Positions 1 to 9,258 of a stretch of 54,470 nt of DNA are shown piece after piece. The stretch covers positions 1-54,470 of the forward strand of contig JAEZDS010000007.1 in NCBI GenBank assembly GCA_023433205.1. Reading direction: 5' to 3'. The position numbers were made by a program, and so were the translations under genes. The stretch's first letter is position 1. Every line of letters starts with the position of its first letter. The notes under the pieces are model-generated. The model saw only the letters and a list, made by a program, of their open reading frames with translations, was not told the origin of the DNA and ran no database searches. This DNA comes from Bacteroidota bacterium. GTDB lineage: Bacteria > Bacteroidota > Bacteroidia > B-17B0 > Aurantibacillaceae.

Positions 1-82
1 ATGTAGTAGCGCGCCAGGGAGGGGTGCAATTGTTTCGCTCAGAGGGGGGTGGGTTTATTTTCGCTTATTTTCGCGCAGAGAC

Positions 83-660
83 GCAACGTTTTTAAAAAAT
101 AGTATTGTGTTTCAAGGCACGGGGGAAATTGAGCAGCGCTCAATTTTATAAGACGCAACGTCCAGCACTCTTGACGACATAACAATTTGCGAAGCAATTC
201 CGATATGCATCGGAACCTTTGTGTCGACCACATTTTCTCAGTGTCCTGGCCTTTGTGGTTTATTAAAATAAGTTTCGACAAACGAGTTTTTACCACGAAG
301 TCACAAAGGCACTATTGTGCCTTTTTAAATTGAGCGAAGCTCAGTTTTCTTTGTGTCGTTTGTCATATTTATACTACAATTTCCTCCTATTAACTTTGTG
401 CCTTAGTGCATTTGTGGTTTATTAAAATAAGTTCCGGCAAACGAGCTTTTACCCCGCCCGAACGTAACCTTTCGGTACGGGCGGGCACCAAGTCACACAG
501 GCACTATTGTGCCCTCGTAAATTGAGCGAAGCTCAATTTTCTTTGTGTCGTCTCGTAATACCCTATACCACAATCCCCTCCTATAACTTTGTGCCTTAGC
601 GCCCTTGTGATTTTTTAAATAAGTTCTGACAAAAGGGTTTTTACCACAAAGTCACTAAAT
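83..660. repeat. Mosaic of REP/MITE-like palindromic repeats: a 115-bp dispersed repeat (83-197) plus about 2.4 tandem copies of a ~160-bp unit (252-660)
   Basis: Units start TTTGTGGTTTATTAAAATAAG at 252 and 411, with a degenerate copy at 604. The palindrome AAATTGAGC-n3-GCTCARTTT occurs at 126-146, 327-347 and 519-539. 83-197 is the near-exact reverse complement of 33772-33886. Confidence 0.9.
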
Positions 661-799
661 TCTCGCAGAGACCGCCAATAGCTTTTTGCAGGAGTTGAAT
701 GGAGGGAGAGCACACAATGGTCAATGACAAGCGGATTTGTTTTGGGAAAAGCATCGATGCAGCACGGAATTTTGCGGGCATATTGTATGGCGAACAAAA

Positions 800-2125
800 C
801 TATAACCAGGGTCGCTCTGGCGTTTCGTGCCGGTACTTTAATGTGGGTTCCCGCAGAATGGCAACCCCAATGCCACATTCAAGACAGCGTTTTTGTTCAC
901 AATAACTATCGTAGAGATGTATCAGGCCCTGGCTGCTGGTGGCAGACTTGAGCTTACCCTTTTTCGCAGCAAACAGCCTGGTTTTTTTATTGTCTTCGGC
1001 CCTGCACTCCTCCAGCAGATCAAGGGCCAGTTTCCGGTATTCTTCTTTTGCAAATTTGTGCCCGTAGTAGAAATAAAAAGGCACAAAAGTATTGATGATG
1101 ATTATTTCAGCTGAACTGCGGCCAAGACAGAGTTCCCGACCGCTTACACTGCCGCTTGTCTGGTAATGGTTTTTCCAGTAACTGCCAGGTTCAGCAACAA
1201 TGATTTTTATGATTTGTTCTGTTGAGACAAAACTGAGCGGGGCGGTCAGTATAGTTGGTTCTTTGTGGATCAATGCCGCGAACTGCGCCAGACGTAGCGC
1301 CGGAAAATTGGCGGGCCGCATTTTCGAGAACTTAAAGAGCTCCTTTTTCATTGGATGGAGTCCGTATTTTTTTTGCAGAAATACAAATTCGTTCTGCAGC
1401 GATCGTAAATAGCTGTTTTCAAGCTGTTCGTCAAGCATTCCGGCGCAGCCCAGGAGCAGCGCCTCAAGCTGCGGGAGATTGTTGCTGTGTCGTAGCAGTA
1501 GCTGCGCAGGCAACAGTCTGGCCAGCATTTCAAAAGGGAGGGCATTCACTTTGAAGCCAAAATTGGAAAGCAGCAAAAAGTACATCAGCTGAGTATAATC
1601 TCCGTGACACAACAGCAGCAACTGCTCGATCTTATCGGTTTTTTGTTGCAGCCTTTCCGCGCTCATCCTTTCCGTCCACGATATAAAGGTAAGATCACTT
1701 ACATTTTCCAATGAAGAGCCGCAGGGTAAGTTGTTTTTATTTGATACCAGTCCCTGGTATACCTCAAGCACTTCACGCGGAATGTACGAAGCCAGCTCAA
1801 CGATCTCCACTCCGTTATCTGTATTTTGCGCCAGGTCAACGTCGTGATGAAGGACCACGTGCAATATTATTTTATCATAAGCGGGATCATGCTGATGCCG
1901 GTGTTTGTTCCAGTCGCTGGTTTTAAGGTGAAGCTCAATTTTGCCCGAGAGTTTTAAACCCTGCACTTCGATCTGCCCGTTAAAAAAATCGGGACCGGAG
2001 TCTCGGTTGAGAATGCCCTGGTGTATTACCGTTATCTGATTTCCCCTGCTGCTTAACAGCGGGCCCGGTTTTATCAACCTGTGCTGCCAGATGAACTGCA
2101 GCAGTTCTTCACTGATCTTAAGCAT
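800..2125 (-). CDS. DUF2851 family protein
   Basis: Motifs EELLQFIWQ, N.DSGPDFFN, IELH.KTSDW..H.HQHDPAY and MRPANFP.LRLAQ, plus C-terminal C...RCLECGIG. Start moved to the ATG at 2125, which overlaps the upstream gene's stop. Confidence 0.85.
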   Translation of the reverse strand: MLKISEELLQFIWQHRLIKPGPLLSSRGNQITVIHQGILNRDSGPDFFNGQIEVQGLKLSGKIELHLKTSDWNKHRHQHDPAYDKIILHVVLHHDVDLAQNTDNGVEIVELASYIPREVLEVYQGLVSNKNNLPCGSSLENVSDLTFISWTERMSAERLQQKTDKIEQLLLLCHGDYTQLMYFLLLSNFGFKVNALPFEMLARLLPAQLLLRHSNNLPQLEALLLGCAGMLDEQLENSYLRSLQNEFVFLQKKYGLHPMKKELFKFSKMRPANFPALRLAQFAALIHKEPTILTAPLSFVSTEQIIKIIVAEPGSYWKNHYQTSGSVSGRELCLGRSSAEIIIINTFVPFYFYYGHKFAKEEYRKLALDLLEECRAEDNKKTRLFAAKKGKLKSATSSQGLIHLYDSYCEQKRCLECGIGVAILREPTLKYRHETPERPWL

Positions 2126-2885
2126 ATCCTCTGATTTTATAAACAACATAGCCGCACATTTCATGGAGCAAGAGCTGTAATCCCATTAAAGCGCCAGGGT
2201 CGGGAACAAACAGGTGATCGAAGGTGTAACGCCGCACCCCACTCACTTTGTTGGTAATAAAGGGTTCAACCGACTCATAGCCTGCCTTTTTAAATACAGC
2301 AAGGGCGCGGGGCATGTGAAAGGCTGAAGTAACCAATAAATAATTACCCTTAAACTGCAGGCTGTCGAGCAGCACCTTCAGGTTTCTGGCGTTTTCAAAT
2401 GTATTGCGGCTGGTACTTTCTACGATCAGCGCTGAATCAGGAAAGTTGATGGACCGCAGGTATTTTCTGACAAAGATCCCCTCCTTTTTTTCCGGAAATT
2501 CAATGCTGCCACTTCCGCCTGTAAAGATAATGTGTTCAATTTTTCCACTGTAATAGAGTGGCAGCGTTTGAAAAAGCCTGTCTCCTGAACGCCCAAAATT
2601 AAGCTTCTGTAAACGCAGATCAATGTCGCCCAATCCGCCAAGCACAATTGCTCCTTTGTAAACTGTACTGCTACTGTCATGGTCTGGAGTAACAGGCTCC
2701 CAGTGCCTGAAACATTCGTCAACCAGAAAACTGTTGCTGCAGAGATACAGCAGAACCACTGCCGTAATTCGTAATCGCCTGGTCAGTTTTGCCGGTCCTG
2801 AGAATAACGACCATAGAAGCAGTACCAGCACCCATACCAAAGGCGAGAGCACAAATGCAAGAAGTTTTGAGAGGTAAAAAAACAT
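2118..2885 (-). CDS. YdcF/DUF218 (ElyC/SanA-like) membrane-anchored protein
   Basis: N-terminal TM helices; motifs IVLGG, IIFTGGSG, ES.SRNTFENA and LVTSAFHMPRA. Confidence 0.9.
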   Translation of the reverse strand: MFFYLSKLLAFVLSPLVWVLVLLLWSLFSGPAKLTRRLRITAVVLLYLCSNSFLVDECFRHWEPVTPDHDSSSTVYKGAIVLGGLGDIDLRLQKLNFGRSGDRLFQTLPLYYSGKIEHIIFTGGSGSIEFPEKKEGIFVRKYLRSINFPDSALIVESTSRNTFENARNLKVLLDSLQFKGNYLLVTSAFHMPRALAVFKKAGYESVEPFITNKVSGVRRYTFDHLFVPDPGALMGLQLLLHEMCGYVVYKIRGYA

Positions 2886-3125
2886 TGTGAATTTAAATGT
2901 ACAAAAATTGAGAGTTCTTGCAGAAGGGATATATCAAATATAATGGTGGCAGGAATAAGTGTTGATTTTTACTTGCGTGCGAAAGATGTGCTTCGGGCGG
3001 GCTCCTGCAAAGCTTTGTGCCGGTGTGAAAGCAGAAATGGTTGCTCTCGTTTGCGGCAATCTGTTTTCTCTGAGCAGTATTGATATATTATCTATATTTA
3101 TATTTACAAATCTTGAACTTCTAAT

Positions 3126-4616
3126 ATGAAAAAATTACTGGTAGCGAACCGCGGAGAGATAGCGTTAAGGATTATGCGGAGCGCGAAAGAAATGGGGATC
3201 AAAACGGTGGCAGTATATTCTGAAGCCGACCGCAACGCCTTGTTTGTGAGATTTGCCGATGAGGCGGTTTGTATTGGTGAAGCGCCCAGCAATAAGTCGT
3301 ACCTGAAAGGTGATAAGATCATTGAGGTGTGTAAGGCGGTAAAGGCCGATGCCATTCACCCCGGTTATGGTTTTTTAAGTGAGAACGCCGCTTTCGCCAG
3401 AAGCGTGAAAGAGGCCGGAATTACCTTTGTTGGACCCAGCGCTGAAAGTATGGAAATGATGGGGGATAAGCTCAGCGCTAAAGCAACCGCCAAAAAAAAC
3501 GGTGTGCCAATGATCCCTGGTTCTGAAGGAGCCATCAGCGATGTCAAAGAAGCAGTAAAGGTGGCAAAGGAAACCGGATTTCCCCTGCTCATTAAGGCCA
3601 GCGCCGGCGGCGGCGGTAAAGGCATGCGGCTTGTTGAACGTGAGCAGGATGTTGAAGAACAGATGAACCTTGCCATCAGCGAAGCACGTTCTGCATTCGG
3701 AAATGGCGCTGTATTTATTGAAAAGTACGCCAGCAGACCAAGGCATATAGAGATTCAGGTGCTTGCCGATAACCACGGCAATTGTGTGTACCTTTTTGAG
3801 CGTGAATGCAGCATTCAGCGAAGGCATCAGAAACTTATTGAGGAAGCGCCGAGCAGTGTACTGAGCGAGGAACTGCGTGAACAAATGGGCCGCTGCGCGA
3901 TTGATGTGGCAAAAGCCTGCAACTACAGTGGTGCCGGAACAGTTGAGTTTCTGGTAGATGACAAGCTTAATTTCTACTTCCTTGAAATGAATACCAGACT
4001 GCAGGTTGAACATCCTGTTACCGAACTTATCACAGGTCTGGATCTGGTAAAGGAACAGATAAAAGTGGCCCGTAATGAAAAACTCTCCTTTAGCCAAAAA
4101 GATCTGAAGATCAGTGGCCATGCTATTGAAGTACGTGTTTGCGCGGAAGATCCCATGAATAATTTTCTTCCGGATATTGGCCGGCTGCTTGTATACAAAA
4201 CTCCCGCCGGACCTGGTGTGCGTGTTGACGACAGTTTCGAAGAAGGAATGGAGATCCCGATCTATTATGATCCCATGATCGCTAAACTCATAGTGCATGG
4301 CAAAGACAGGAGTGAGGCCATAGCGCGAATGATCACTGCCATTGAAAATTACCGGATCGTGGGAGTGGAAACCACCCTCGATTTCTGCAAATATGTATTA
4401 AAACATGAGGCATTTGTTTCTGGAAAATTTGATACAGGCTTTGTTAAAAACCATTTTGACCCCTCACAGCTGGCTTCCGACAGCAAGGAGTACGCCGAGG
4501 TTGCCGTCCTGGCCTCAGCACTCATTTTTGGCGGGGAAAAAGCCCTGGCAGCACACAGTGCCGCGGGGCCTGTTAAAAAAAGTAAATGGCGCGCTAATCG
4601 TCTTCAGGGTCAGTAA
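3126..4616 (+). CDS. accC: Acetyl-/propionyl-CoA carboxylase biotin carboxylase subunit
   Basis: Motifs LVANRGEIA, HPGYGFLSEN, KASAGGGGKGMR, ERECSIQRRHQK, FLEMNTRLQVEHPVTE and YYDPMIAKL. Confidence 0.95.
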   Translation: MKKLLVANRGEIALRIMRSAKEMGIKTVAVYSEADRNALFVRFADEAVCIGEAPSNKSYLKGDKIIEVCKAVKADAIHPGYGFLSENAAFARSVKEAGITFVGPSAESMEMMGDKLSAKATAKKNGVPMIPGSEGAISDVKEAVKVAKETGFPLLIKASAGGGGKGMRLVEREQDVEEQMNLAISEARSAFGNGAVFIEKYASRPRHIEIQVLADNHGNCVYLFERECSIQRRHQKLIEEAPSSVLSEELREQMGRCAIDVAKACNYSGAGTVEFLVDDKLNFYFLEMNTRLQVEHPVTELITGLDLVKEQIKVARNEKLSFSQKDLKISGHAIEVRVCAEDPMNNFLPDIGRLLVYKTPAGPGVRVDDSFEEGMEIPIYYDPMIAKLIVHGKDRSEAIARMITAIENYRIVGVETTLDFCKYVLKHEAFVSGKFDTGFVKNHFDPSQLASDSKEYAEVAVLASALIFGGEKALAAHSAAGPVKKSKWRANRLQGQ

Positions 4617-4651
4617 CTTCAGGATACCTTTTACGTATAAGATCAATCAGC

Positions 4652-5281
4652 GTGACACCCCCGAAAATACTCAGAACTTTAATAGCCCTTGTGTGCTTAA
4701 TGGCGGGCATTTCTTTCCCCTTGGCAGCCCAGGATCATGAGAGTATTGCTGCTCCTCCTGTTGAAGGCCAGCTTGCGCATGCACGTATCAATTCACGCGG
4801 CGACACCATTCCCTACGTAAACCTGCAGGCTGTCGACATCAATACACAGTTCGAGTTCAAGACGCGGAAGCAGCAGGAAATGTGGACCCGCACCAGACAC
4901 AATGTAAAAGTTGTTTATCCGTATGCGATTCTGGCCGCTGCAAAACTCAAGGAGTACGATAAACAGCTTGCTCTTATTGAGGATGAAAAGCTGAAGAAAA
5001 AGTTCATCAAGGATTGCGAACGCGACCTTCGCAGCGAATTTGAGGATGAACTGAGTAATCTTACTGTATCTCAGGGAAAGATTCTGATGAAGCTGATCGA
5101 CAGGGAGAGCGGAAAAACCACATACGAAGTAGTAAAACAGCTGCGTGGTGCTTTTCAGGCTGCCATGTGGCAAACAGTGGCGCGGGTATTCGGTCATAAC
5201 CTGAAATCCGAATACGATGCCAGTGTGGAGGACATCATGATTGAACGGGCTGTGAAGCTTGTGGAATCAGGTCGTTTTTAA
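4652..5281 (+). CDS. DUF4294 family exported protein
   Basis: Signal peptide; NVKVVYPYA and LTVSQGKILMKLIDRE...WQ..AR.FG.NLK..YD motifs; GTG start. Confidence 0.8.
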   Translation: MTPPKILRTLIALVCLMAGISFPLAAQDHESIAAPPVEGQLAHARINSRGDTIPYVNLQAVDINTQFEFKTRKQQEMWTRTRHNVKVVYPYAILAAAKLKEYDKQLALIEDEKLKKKFIKDCERDLRSEFEDELSNLTVSQGKILMKLIDRESGKTTYEVVKQLRGAFQAAMWQTVARVFGHNLKSEYDASVEDIMIERAVKLVESGRF

Positions 5282-5310
5282 TTGTTTTCCAGATTGTTTA
5301 TTTTCGCCGT

Positions 5311-5970
5311 ATGCGAAGTTTACTCATTTTATTGATGGCGCTATTGCAGCTTGTTGCTGCAGCACAAACAAAAAGACCGGTAAAAAAGCCGGTTCCCGGC
5401 ACAGCCACAGACAGTGTCGCAAATAAGGCACTTATTGACAGGAACGATACGCTTGACCCCAGAGACGTGCAGGTGAAGGCCGGCAGAGAATTCGCCGTTT
5501 ACAATAAAAGAGAAAGAGGTGTTGACAAACGTCTGAAACTCTGTTTTCAGCTTACGGGAGATACTGTATTCAACTTTTGTTTTAATGACTCGACTGTGCG
5601 TGACCCAGAATATTATGATGAGATCTTCAGAAAAAAGGATGGTGATACCACATACGTGTTGTTGTTTATTGATGCATTCACCAAAGCAACAGAAAAATTA
5701 TGTGATGGCGGCAAAGAGACAAGACTGCTTTTTATTGAGTGGAATACAAAGAAAAACACTGCTCAGATCCGGCAGCGGACTATTTCTTCCTGTATAAAAG
5801 CCATTTCAAACATGACAAAGATGGATATCCGGGAATGGGATAAAAAAAGTCCTTTGGTGGTGAGTTATCACAGGGGAGGGCAGAAATTTATTGATGCCAG
5901 ATTTGATCCATCTGACTACAAAAAAGGGATGCAAACCATCTCCAGCGACGACCAGGAAGAAGAACAATAA
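5311..5970 (+). CDS. Hypothetical exported protein
   Basis: 219-aa ORF with a signal peptide ending AAA-Q. Fills the gap between the DUF4294 gene and lpxK. No family recognised. Confidence 0.75.
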   Translation: MRSLLILLMALLQLVAAAQTKRPVKKPVPGTATDSVANKALIDRNDTLDPRDVQVKAGREFAVYNKRERGVDKRLKLCFQLTGDTVFNFCFNDSTVRDPEYYDEIFRKKDGDTTYVLLFIDAFTKATEKLCDGGKETRLLFIEWNTKKNTAQIRQRTISSCIKAISNMTKMDIREWDKKSPLVVSYHRGGQKFIDARFDPSDYKKGMQTISSDDQEEEQ

Positions 5971-6008
5971 TTTTGAGGCTTTAAAAAAAAGCGGCATATT
6001 TAACCTGA

Positions 6009-7097
6009 ATGAACCAGGGGTTAAAAATGTTGCTGATGCCATTCGGAGTGGCCTATGGTACAATTACCATGTTGCGCAACCGCCTCTACGATCTGCGCTT
6101 ACTTCGCGAAAAAAAATTTGAGATCCATACCATTGGCGTGGGAAATCTTGCGGTAGGCGGGGCGGGCAAAACGCCTCTTATTGAGTACCTCATCAGGTTG
6201 TTAGTAAAAGAAGGTGTTGCTGCCGCCACATTAAGCAGGGGTTATAAACGTAAAACATCGGGTTTTGTGCTGGCCAACGATGCCAGCGTAGCGGCGGATA
6301 TAGGCGATGAGCCGCTTCTCTACAAAACCAAGTACAATGTTACGGTGGCCGTTGATGCCAACCGCGTAAACGGGATCAGAAATATTATCCGCATCTGCGG
6401 ACAAAAAGCTCCGGTTATATTGCTTGATGATGTTTTCCAGCACCGTGCTGTAAGAGCGGGACTCAACATTCTTGTGACCGAATATGGCAACCCCTATTAC
6501 AATGACGTAATGATGCCTGCCGGTACCCTCCGCGAGTTCAGCAGCGGCGTAAAAAGAGCTGATGTGATTGTGGTTACTAAAACGCCTGACAGAACTACTG
6601 CGGTTGAGATGCGGACCGTGATCAAAGACCTGAAACCGCAGGCGCATCAGAAAGTATTTTTTTCGTTTTTGAAGTACGGAGAACTTTACAGCATCAATAA
6701 TGAACAGATAAAACTTGATACGCTCAATGATCTTTTCCGTTACCGGGTGATCGTGTTTTCGGGAATCGCCAACCCTGCTCCCATGGTGAATTATTTGAAG
6801 GAGTACGCCGCCGACTTAAAACATCTGCCCTTTGCCGATCATTACCAGTATGAGCCGAAAGATCTGAAGGTAATTGAAAAATACTATCACTCATTCGAAG
6901 GAGGCAACAAAATTCTTGTTACTACCGAAAAGGATCTCATGCGATTAAAGATGCCCGATCTGTGGCCAATAGCGCGATTAATGAACATTTATATTTTGCC
7001 GGTGGAAGTGTCTTTCAGAGACAAGGAAGAAGAGTTTAATGAACTGGTGATGCATTATGTTCACAGCAGGCGGATCTATCATGAGAAGTATTCTTAG
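6009..7097 (+). CDS. lpxK: Tetraacyldisaccharide 4'-kinase
   Basis: Motifs VGNLAVGGAGKTP, LSRGYKR, GDEP, LDDVFQH, P.GTLRE, FSGIANP, F.DHY and TTEKD. Confidence 0.95.
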   Translation: MNQGLKMLLMPFGVAYGTITMLRNRLYDLRLLREKKFEIHTIGVGNLAVGGAGKTPLIEYLIRLLVKEGVAAATLSRGYKRKTSGFVLANDASVAADIGDEPLLYKTKYNVTVAVDANRVNGIRNIIRICGQKAPVILLDDVFQHRAVRAGLNILVTEYGNPYYNDVMMPAGTLREFSSGVKRADVIVVTKTPDRTTAVEMRTVIKDLKPQAHQKVFFSFLKYGELYSINNEQIKLDTLNDLFRYRVIVFSGIANPAPMVNYLKEYAADLKHLPFADHYQYEPKDLKVIEKYYHSFEGGNKILVTTEKDLMRLKMPDLWPIARLMNIYILPVEVSFRDKEEEFNELVMHYVHSRRIYHEKYS

Positions 7098-7209
7098 CGA
7101 GAAGCATAGGTTTGTATCTGATACTATCTGTTAGTATTTCTTGTGTTGTATTTTGCGCCGAACAACTAAATTCCAAATCGTATCCTCATTGCTATCGGGC
7201 CGTCAATTG

Positions 7210-7335
7210 CACTTTACTTCGTACCTCGTACTTTGTACTTTGTACCTCGTACTTCGCACTTTACTTCGTACTTCGCACTTTACTTCGTACTTCGTACTTC
7301 GTACTTTGTACTTCGTACCTCATACTTAACACTTA
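7210..7335. repeat. Degenerate heptamer tandem repeat, (TACTTCG)n
   Basis: About 15 units of TACTTCG/TACTTTG/TACCTCG interrupted by CACTT pentamers, between the convergent lpxK and helicase genes. Confidence 0.95.
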
Positions 7336-9258
7336 CCCGCTCCATTCCCAGGCCGAACGGTAAAGTCCATGCTGCTCACAGTATTCCAGAAACTGTTTAT
7401 AGAACGCGCTGGAACCGATGGTGGCGCTGTCGCCAACTACAACCAGTTTCTTTTTTGCACGGGTTATGGCTACGTTCATCCTGCGAAGGTCATTCAGAAA
7501 ACCTATTTCCTGCCTGTCGTTGCTTCGAACCAGACTGATATATATCACGTCGCGTTCTTCTCCCTGAAAGCCGTCAATTGTTTTGATACTTAACGAAGCA
7601 AGTTTTTCACTGTCGAAGGCCGGGAGGTTATCTTTTAACCACTCGCGCTGTTCTTTGTAAGGTGAAATAATTCCTATGTGGAGGGCGGGGGAAGATTTAA
7701 ACTGGCTGTATTGTGTGATGAGCTGGGTGAGATGCTCAAACATTACGCTGGCTTCCTGCGGGTTACTGTAGCTGAGGGTTTCAGGATTTTGTATTTCATC
7801 AAAGCCGCAGCCGGCGGTATCAATAAATTCAATACAACTGTACAGGCTGCTCTCGGTGTCGTTTACCAGGTGTTGGGTGGCTACCGATTCGTCGGCTATT
7901 AGCTGGCTGTTATAAAAGTAAGCATTGCTGAATCCCATGATGATCTTGTTCATCCGGTATTGACGGTTCAGTAAAACTGTGGTGCCCGGCAGTTCTATAC
8001 AACGGTCCAGCAGGGTTTTATCGAGTCCGCCGGCCTTTGCCTGCTGGCTTTTCACAACCGGTGGAAGCTGAAAATGGTCACCTGAAAGGATGATCCTGTT
8101 GCATTTAAGGAGCGGGATCCACACCATGGGCTCGAGGGCCTGCGATGCCTCATCAAAAAATAGGGTATTAAATGATTTGCGCTGCAGTCCCCGGTGAGTG
8201 CTGGTAACGGGGGTGCAGCAGATCACCTGCGCAGTTCTGAAAAGTTCGTCAACAATGAAATCTTCCAGCAAACGGGCTTCTTTAAGATTGCCGCGTGCCT
8301 CAGCATAATAGGCCGCGCGTTGTTTTGCATCTTCCTTGCCAAATACACGTTTGTATTTGCCGGCCATACGGAAGTATTCTTCTGCATTACGACGCAGGTT
8401 CTTTACGTCCTTAAAATAAGGTGAGGCGAGGCTTTTACCGTCGAGGCTGCTGCTGAACAAAGCATCGTTCATTCGCGCGGGATGGCCGAGCCGCAGCACA
8501 TCAACACCCTGTGCGCTGAGCTTTTCTGTTAGCAGGTCAACTGCCGAGTTGGTGGGTGCGCAAACCAGTATCTGTTTTTCATATTGTAACGTGTAACGGA
8601 TAGCAGCCACGATACTCGTGGTTTTGCCGGTGCCGGGCGGACCGTGTATCACCGCCACATCGCGGGTGTTCAGCACATGCCGAACCGCGCGGTTCTGAGA
8701 GAGATTGAGTCCGGGTACCACTATCGGTTCCGCGTTTTTTTCAAATTCCGGTTGTGAGGCGCCTTCAAAAATTTCGCGCAATTCCGCCACCCGGTTATTT
8801 CGTGCATGTATTACCTCATCTAGGGCACGCTGCATCTCTGTGTAACTGTTATCATCGAACTGGATATTTATACCAAGTTTTCCTTCGTAACACCAGTCAG
8901 GCAGCTCATCTGCATGCATGATTAATCTGATGGAATTTTTACCAACACTTTTAATGGTGCCGGTAACCTCAAGCTGTTCGCCGGGGGTATTGTGAAACAG
9001 ACTTACGTTTTTGCCGCTGCTGAACTGGTGCGGCTGATCGGTGTAACCGGTGCGTTCAATCTCAAGGTGCAGCAATTCACCGGAACCTATCTCTTCGTTA
9101 TTTATTTTTACCGGGTACCAGGTTACGCCATTTTTTCTTCGCTGCTCGAGATTTACCCGCAGAAAAAGATCGTTGTATTGCCTGAAGTCTTCCTCGCGTT
9201 CAATAACAAGTAGTTTTTTCAGTTCTTTCAGACGGTTAATAGCAGCGGCAGTACTCAT
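7333..9258 (-). CDS. Superfamily 1 Upf1/IGHMBP2-like helicase
   Basis: Walker A GPPGTGKT, CAPTNSAVD, DEASQ, GDHFQLPP, QYRM, ISPYKEQ, TIDGFQGEERD and RRMNVAITRAK. Confidence 0.92.
   Translation of the reverse strand: MSTAAAINRLKELKKLLVIEREEDFRQYNDLFLRVNLEQRRKNGVTWYPVKINNEEIGSGELLHLEIERTGYTDQPHQFSSGKNVSLFHNTPGEQLEVTGTIKSVGKNSIRLIMHADELPDWCYEGKLGINIQFDDNSYTEMQRALDEVIHARNNRVAELREIFEGASQPEFEKNAEPIVVPGLNLSQNRAVRHVLNTRDVAVIHGPPGTGKTTSIVAAIRYTLQYEKQILVCAPTNSAVDLLTEKLSAQGVDVLRLGHPARMNDALFSSSLDGKSLASPYFKDVKNLRRNAEEYFRMAGKYKRVFGKEDAKQRAAYYAEARGNLKEARLLEDFIVDELFRTAQVICCTPVTSTHRGLQRKSFNTLFFDEASQALEPMVWIPLLKCNRIILSGDHFQLPPVVKSQQAKAGGLDKTLLDRCIELPGTTVLLNRQYRMNKIIMGFSNAYFYNSQLIADESVATQHLVNDTESSLYSCIEFIDTAGCGFDEIQNPETLSYSNPQEASVMFEHLTQLITQYSQFKSSPALHIGIISPYKEQREWLKDNLPAFDSEKLASLSIKTIDGFQGEERDVIYISLVRSNDRQEIGFLNDLRRMNVAITRAKKKLVVVGDSATIGSSAFYKQFLEYCEQHGLYRSAWEWSG

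Noticed and set aside
83..660. CRISPR array suggested by recurring palindromes (also 33430-34066)
   Set aside because: The sequences between palindromes are themselves repeated, the period is 160-190 bp and irregular, and no cas genes are present.
3375..4298. Long antisense ORFs inside accC, and similarly inside mfd, ileS and the dksA-like gene
   Set aside because: They are shadow frames opposite well-supported genes and have no recognisable motifs.
7112..7538. ORFs 7112-7363, 7141-7329 and 7233-7538 with LRTSYFV repeats
   Set aside because: They are translations of the heptamer tandem repeat, not credible proteins.
7333..9258. Helicase as part of an anti-phage defence system
   Set aside because: No nuclease domain or defence-type neighbours; it looks like a stand-alone Upf1-like helicase among housekeeping genes.
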